A program made the position numbers and the translations under genes. From NCBI RefSeq assembly GCF_047663525.1, contig NC_092587.1:188995457-189059456 (forward strand): DNA of 64,000 nt, given 5' to 3'. A model generated the notes under the pieces. The model worked only from the letters and a program-made list of their open reading frames with translations, searched no databases and was not told the DNA's origin. Source of the DNA: Anas platyrhynchos (Eukaryota). The first letter of the stretch is position 1; each line of letters begins with the position of its first letter. Positions 60,101-64,000 of this stretch are shown piece by piece.

Positions 60101-63100
60101 CCAGACAGCAATTCTTGGTAAGTTGAGAAATAAAGCATAAGGCATACTTCAGTAAACTGAAGAACTTGATCTCATTTCTTCATTAAAATCTGAAAGTGTA
60201 TTCGGTGTTCTTCACCTCAAGACTACTTGATTAGTCAAAGACAAATGCTGCATCGTTTGAGTGGCTGATAAATGAGTGCTACTGTAGAAGGACTGTTATA
60301 AAATCTTTTTATAAATTGCCAAGAGTAATTGTAACTTAATCAATGATGGGAACTTTTTTTTGAGGAATATATTATAAAAGACAGTGTAAAATAAGCAATT
60401 GATTTCCTCTTTGATTAGCTGTTTCCCACAATACTTTGGATTGCTTTAAGCTGTCAGTGTATCCAAATGAAGTAATACCTCCCTGTTTGTGTTCATGCAG
60501 AACAAATTTGTTCAATCAGTGATGAACTGAACTAGACTGGGGAGCTGATTTGTACTGAAAAACAAACATTTGTAAACAGAATCAGTTTTCCAGTCCAATT
60601 TGCTGTGTGCAAAGGGAGAGCACAGTGCTGGGCTGGAAAAAGCTGGCAGAATTGAGGCAGGGGGATCTTCTTTTGCAGGTAGTATCAGTCTTACCTGATT
60701 TAATGGTTATCTTTCTTTTACTCTATCCGAGAAAGTTGAACTAGTGTTTAGCCTTGGAACAAAAACTAGATTGCCTAATGAATTGTTTCTAATTGGAAAT
60801 ATAAAGGTAGAGGCTGGTTCCTGCCCTTTAGTGCCATTTCTTTTCTCCTGCGGAACAGCGGTGTGTTTTTCTTGTAATTGCAAACTACTCTGATGGCTGC
60901 AAGTCAAAAGACCTAGGCATTCAGTGGGCTTGGCAGCTTTTCACTGGTTGTGATCATCTGGGTATCGGAATCACAATGAAGAAGAATTTATGCCTTGATT
61001 TTATTCTCAAAGAATTTATGCCTTGAATAGTTGTTCCCCACATACACAAAACTGTGATTTTTTTACAAGTTAAGTAACTAAGAATGTATCTCATCGTTGA
61101 GAGTTGTGCTGATTGAACCCTTTTTTTTATGTGGCATACTGAAATAATCTATACAGGGATACACAATATCTCCAGTCCAACTCCACCGTGAGGGTTAATA
61201 ACTGATGTGGAATTAGGAATCAAGATGGGTTGGCAAAGAGATGCCATCTCATGACTATTTTACCTGTACGTAAAAGAAATGCATTAGAGTTCTTCACCTT
61301 TTCTGTTCATAGTTTTACCGTTGACACCAGCACAACTACTAAGCTGCTATAATTGGAATAGAGTTTTGGTTTTAATCTAGCTGTTTAATAAGGTTGCTGT
61401 AAACCTGTAGAGGTTTCAGAGAAAAGGTATGAGATTGTGTTTCATCATATTTCAAAGCTTTTAATCCAAGATCTTGGTCTAAGAGGTTGCAAAAAGATGA
61501 ACTGATCTTAATTTTTACATTTGTACAAAGGAAACAGAATCTTGATAAGAGACCTTTTCAGTAGAGCAAACATTCAAAATTGTTCAGTTATTTTACCTTT
61601 AAGCAATAAATTAGCAAAGATAATGAACAATCAGAATGGGCAGTTAAGCTGTGTGGAAAAAACTTATACATTATTGGATGTTCTTTTTAAAAGAGAGCTC
61701 AAATACAAATAAGAATTGAATTGGGGAAATTTTAGGACTCACTTTGTGTGGGAATCCAGAATACGTGACCATGAAGCTCCCTTCTGGTTTTAATCTGATC
61801 TGAGTGCTGCTTAAAGTATGAGCTGAAAACTGATCTGTTTGCTTTGGGGAGAAAAACAACAACAACGATATTCTATCAATTTTGTAGGAAAAAACATGTG
61901 GTGTCCAGAACAAAAGATGGAAAAAATAATGGAGGCTGAAGATCCACACGATGATCCTTTATGTGTGGAAGGTACAGATCTCTCTGAAAAGTCCAGCAGA
62001 GGAAAACAGTTGTGGGTGACTAATACAGAGGAAAGGTAATTCAGAACATTATTTTTTACAGTTCTAAATACCAAACACAAGCTTGATTGAATTCTGAGTC
62101 CTGATTAAGAGTCTAATATTCTCAGTTTGTATAGCTTTCTCAGCCAAGGATTCCATTTTGCTAAGCATGGTGGAAACCAGTGGTAAGAGAGGCTCTGGCT
62201 TGAAATTGCGTGTGCTGTGAAAGATGTGACATTGTGTATTGGCTGAAGAGGTGTGTGAAACGTGGAGTAATCACAGTTCAGAAGCACATCTTAGTATAGG
62301 CTTAGCATATTAGCAGTTATAATTACTGTTCCCAATTTGATGTATTACAATCTCCTATCCATTATTAGATGGCAAAAAAATTAATGTGAAGGAGGAGTGT
62401 AAGGCCATGACTTTTTAGTTTATTACCAGGAGTTGTTTAAGCATCTGGGTATGGCTAAGAAATAATAATAGTGCTTGTGGGAGAAGCCTTCTCGTGTATG
62501 GTAGAAGCTTTGTTTATGGCATGGATGGTCTATAAGTAGTTGTTGGCACTATTTTGAAGCTCTGCCTTGTCTGTCTGGTCATCACAAGACAAGAAATCTT
62601 GTTCCAGGCTGTGGTGGGTTGACCCCAGCCAGCAGCTAAGCACCCAGCCAGCTCCTTGGCCATCCCTCCCCACCCTAGAGCAGAAAGAATGGGGGATCAG
62701 AAAAGCAAAAATGTGAAAAGTTGTGGGTAGAGAATAAAGACAGTTTACTAACTGAAGGAAAGAGGGGAAGGAACCCAAGTGTTACAAAGGCAGTCACTCT
62801 CCACCTCCAGCAAGCAGACTTCTGGCTTTGTTCCCCTCAACCTCCTATTTGCCGGGGGAGAGAAGTGGCCAGTGTGAGAAACCAAAGAAAGCTTTGATGC
62901 TATGCAAGCAGTGTTCATCAATACCTAAAATATTTATGTGTTATTAACACTGTTTTAGTCACAAATCCAAACCACAGCACCATGTGAACTACTGTGAAGA
63001 AAGCTTACTCTGTCCCAGCCAGACCCAGTGCAAGGTGATACTGCAGAAACGAGCAGTGTGACTAAAATCCAAGCGAAAATTCAGTGGTTCGGGCAGAAGA

Positions 63101-64000
63101 ATGGGTCAATGAGAAAAGCAGTGAAAGGAAAAACAGCAAAACCTGCATAAAGGTGCTTCTAGATGTGTATTAATTATAGCAGGGATTTGATAACCACTTC
63201 TCAAAAGATAAGCGACTAGTGGTATCATTTCTCGAATTAACTTTGCCACTTAATGACTAAAGTACTTCATAATTCGTCATTTTTTATGTAATTGCGCCCT
63301 AGGCCATTGAATAGTTGGGATGCTAAACGCAGTTAAATTATGTAGACATGTAAGACTTGATTTTTTGAAATTACCCTAGACCTATTAAAGCTGCGATTCA
63401 AGAGAAGAAACAGACATTTGAAGAATTTCTGGAAGAACAGATACAGATAGAGGAGCAGCGTCTGAAGCAAAGCCAGAAATTACAGGTTTTTAAATTTCTT
63501 TTGTAACTTTTAACGCTTTTTTTTAAATACAGTATATAGTGATGAATGCTTTAAAAACATACAAGATTCTAGCATCAAAAGCTAACACTGATTGCAATAT
63601 TCACATTTGAAGATTTTACTTTAAAATAAAAAAAAAAAAGTCCTGACTACTTCATTTGTTTAAGATGTTTTTAGAAACCCAGTAGAAATATGCTATGTAA
63701 GTTCCTACTGATATGTGGGGTTTATTTGGAAAAAAATAATCTTAAAACCGTGTAAAGGACTTTCTAACATTCTCTGCGTGTTAATTTTCCATATCCACTT
63801 TCAGGAGACAAATGGATCAGCCATTCAAAAGCCAGTGATCAAACGACCCTTCCTGAAAAGAGGAGAAGGTTTAACAAGGTTCACTAATGCCAAATCTAAG
63901 ATAACAATGCTTGGAGAAAGCGTGTTGAAACCTCCACAAAGGGTTTCAGATGACAGAAACGTTAGAGTGGACAGATCACAAATACAAAAGAAAAGCCTGC
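57200..64000 (+). CDS. CENPJ: CENPJ (centromere protein J / CPAP) gene, 5' portion (exons 1-6; continues beyond window end)
   Basis: Spliced translation [29 protein letters not shown]...DPLLQKLEQ|[42 protein letters not shown]|...|[36 protein letters not shown]|[32 protein letters not shown]... is collinear with human CENPJ (RAGVILN...[46 protein letters not shown]...[32 protein letters not shown]...[20 protein letters not shown]). Confidence 0.9.
57300..57453 (+). other. CENPJ: CENPJ non-coding exon 1 (5'UTR). Donor GTTAGAG|gtaagc at 57453/57454. 5' end (TSS) not determinable
   Basis: Strong GTAAGC donor at the island edge. The downstream exon 2 has an acceptor before the ATG. Confidence 0.4.
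57366..57410 (+). repeat. Imperfect (CGACACA)n / (ACACG)n repeat in the CENPJ 5'UTR/promoter edge
   Basis: cacgacacacgacaaacgacacacgacacagcgacacgacatacc. Confidence 0.8.
58062..58478 (+). CDS. CENPJ: CENPJ exon 2 (CDS 58089-58478; 130 codons starting [36 protein letters not shown]...)
   Basis: ORF 58044..58505(+). Candidate acceptor tcgctgtatcag|C at 58061/58062. ATG 58089. Donor GAA CAG|gtaaca at 58478/58479. Confidence 0.85.
59994..60117 (+). CDS. CENPJ: CENPJ exon 3 ([42 protein letters not shown])
   Basis: Acceptor ttgtttgaaaag|CTG. Donor CTT G|gtaagttg. Conserved coiled-coil segment. Confidence 0.9.
61888..62035 (+). CDS. CENPJ: CENPJ exon 4 ([50 protein letters not shown])
   Basis: Acceptor caattttgtag|GA (phase 1, matching exon 3). 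Donor GAA AG|gtaattc. Frame matches ORF 61839..62039(+). Poorly conserved region, so less certain. Confidence 0.75.
62590..62880 (+). mobile_element. LTR-like interspersed repeat (same family as 54190-54375) in CENPJ intron 4
   Basis: tgtggtgggttgaccccagccagcagctaagcacccagcc...gtgggtagagaataaagacagtttactaactgaaggaaagagg resembles common avian ERV LTR sequence. Confidence 0.45.
63380..63485 (+). CDS. CENPJ: CENPJ exon 5 ([36 protein letters not shown])
   Basis: Acceptor ttaccctag|A. Donor TTA CAG|gttttt. Matches human [32 protein letters not shown]. Confidence 0.9.
63805..64000 (+). CDS. CENPJ: CENPJ exon 6 (large exon, truncated by window end: [65 protein letters not shown]...)
   Basis: Acceptor atccactttcag|GAG. 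Matches human [29 protein letters not shown]...MDRQQLQRK. Confidence 0.85.

Noticed and set aside
1-64000. Search for a prokaryotic-style novel system (defence islands, CRISPR, toxin-antitoxin, operons)
   Set aside because: The sequence is vertebrate (introns with GT-AG boundaries, CpG islands, CR1 LINEs, orthologues of human MPHOSPH8/PARP4/CENPJ). None of those feature classes applies.

Overview
This window is vertebrate nuclear DNA, almost certainly avian and chicken-like, not prokaryotic. Supporting signs are several CR1 LINE fragments with ATTCTRTG-type tails, GC-rich CpG-island first exons, and GT-AG introns. I found no CRISPR array, operon, or defence-system-like architecture, so I report no novel biological system. 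Three protein-coding genes account for essentially the whole window.

- **MPHOSPH8 (minus strand, 5' end only).** The ATG is at 5165..5163 inside a CpG island. The chromodomain is split across exon 1 (4905-5165) and exon 2 (615-770). The gene continues beyond position 1.
- **PARP4 / vault PARP (minus strand, essentially complete).** The stop codon is at 7357-7359 and the ATG at 52042..52040. I resolved 29 coding exons by splice-site reading and homology to BRCT, PARP catalytic, VIT, VWA and C-terminal MVP-binding segments. The non-coding exon 1 lies near 56.9-57.1 kb but is not resolved.
- **CENPJ / CPAP (plus strand, 5' part).** The ATG is at 58089. Exons 2-6 are resolved and exon 6 runs off the window end.

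PARP4 and CENPJ diverge from a shared bidirectional CpG-island promoter at 56.9-57.45 kb. This promoter carries a ZNF143/SBS-type motif, ACTACAACTCCCGGCATGC.

The PARP4 polyadenylation region lies about 1.5-2 kb upstream of the MPHOSPH8 promoter on the same strand.

Repeat content includes at least 8 CR1 fragments, two LTR-like fragments of one family, and several microsatellites and local tandem duplications. Two of the CR1 fragments form an inverted pair flanking the PARP4 BRCT exon.

Points worth a second look:
- the bidirectional-promoter motif content;
- the inverted CR1 pair around the PARP4 BRCT exon;
- an H-A-S variant of the PARP nicotinamide-pocket H-G-S motif in PARP4;
- a probable GC-AG intron in PARP4;
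- a strongly low-complexity, very GC-rich N-terminal extension in MPHOSPH8 exon 1.
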